The notes under the pieces were generated by a model that saw only the letters and a program-made list of their open reading frames with translations, did not search any database and was not told the DNA's origin. A DNA stretch of 64,000 bases, from assembly GCF_963921235.1 (NCBI RefSeq), contig NC_086109.1:36520001-36584000 (forward strand). Direction: 5' to 3'. A program made the position numbers and the translations under genes. Below are positions 63,463-64,000 of this stretch, piece after piece. The DNA comes from Mobula hypostoma (Eukaryota). Within the stretch, counting starts at the first letter, position 1; each line of letters starts with the position of its first letter.

Positions 63463-63968
63463 GGGAGTACAAAGAAGGTTCACCAGATTGATTCCTGGGA
63501 TGGCAGGACTTTCATATGAAGAAAGACTGGATGAACTGGGCTTGTACTCATTGGAATTTAGAAGATTGAAGGGGGATCTGATTGAAACGTATAAAATCAT
63601 AAAGGGATTGGACAGGCTAGATGCAGGAAGATTGTTCCCGATGTTGGGGAAGTCCAGAACAAGGGGTCACAGTTTGAGGATAAAGGGGAAGCCTTTTAGG
63701 ACCGAGATTAGGAAAAACTTCTTCACACAGAGAGTGGTGAATCTGTGGAATTCTCTGCCACAGGAAACAGTTGAGGCCAGTTCATTGGCAATATTTAAGA
63801 GGGAGTTAGATATGGCCCTTGTGGCTACGGGGATCAGGGGTATGGAGGGAAGGCTGGGGCGGGGTTCTGAGTTGGATGATCAGCCATGATCATAATAAAT
63901 GGCGGTGCAGGCTCGAAGGGTCGAATGGCCTACTCCTGCACCTATTTTCTATGTTTCTATGTTTCTAT
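63463..63968 (+). mobile_element. CR1 subfamily A 3' fragment
   Basis: IPGMAGLSYEERLDELGLYSLEFRRL...; (TTTCTATG)n tail; near-identical to the other A copies. Confidence 0.95.
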
Positions 63969-64000
63969 TACAGGCAGCTTAACTCAATCTGATTAATTAC

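Overview
Eukaryotic, repeat-dense vertebrate DNA, most likely a cartilaginous fish (shark or ray). That call is an inference from HE1/V-SINE-like and DeuSINE-like elements, abundant CR1 LINEs and GIY-YIG Penelope-like elements (PLEs). No multi-exon host gene is visible, and every long ORF is retroelement-derived. Main contents: (1) a young 5'-truncated L1 with a 15-bp TSD and an ORF2 broken by a single frameshift; (2) several CR1 subfamilies, one near full length inside a SINE; (3) an internally deleted Gypsy element keeping only RNaseH-integrase; (4) a decayed full-length sushi-type chromovirus with a self-priming signature; (5) a nested stack of solo LTRs and CR1; (6) a multi-TIR mariner-type MITE; (7) RTE and Rex/Babar remnants; (8) about 10 PLE pieces carrying minimal hammerhead-ribozyme motifs. 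Several PLE pieces are short fold-back palindromes that turn around at the ribozyme, and one has captured a 38-bp copy of nearby DNA. A 42-bp frame-preserving candidate exon at 60045-60086 suggests the window is intronic in a large + strand gene. Boundaries of old elements are approximate, and family names come from motif recognition, not database searches.
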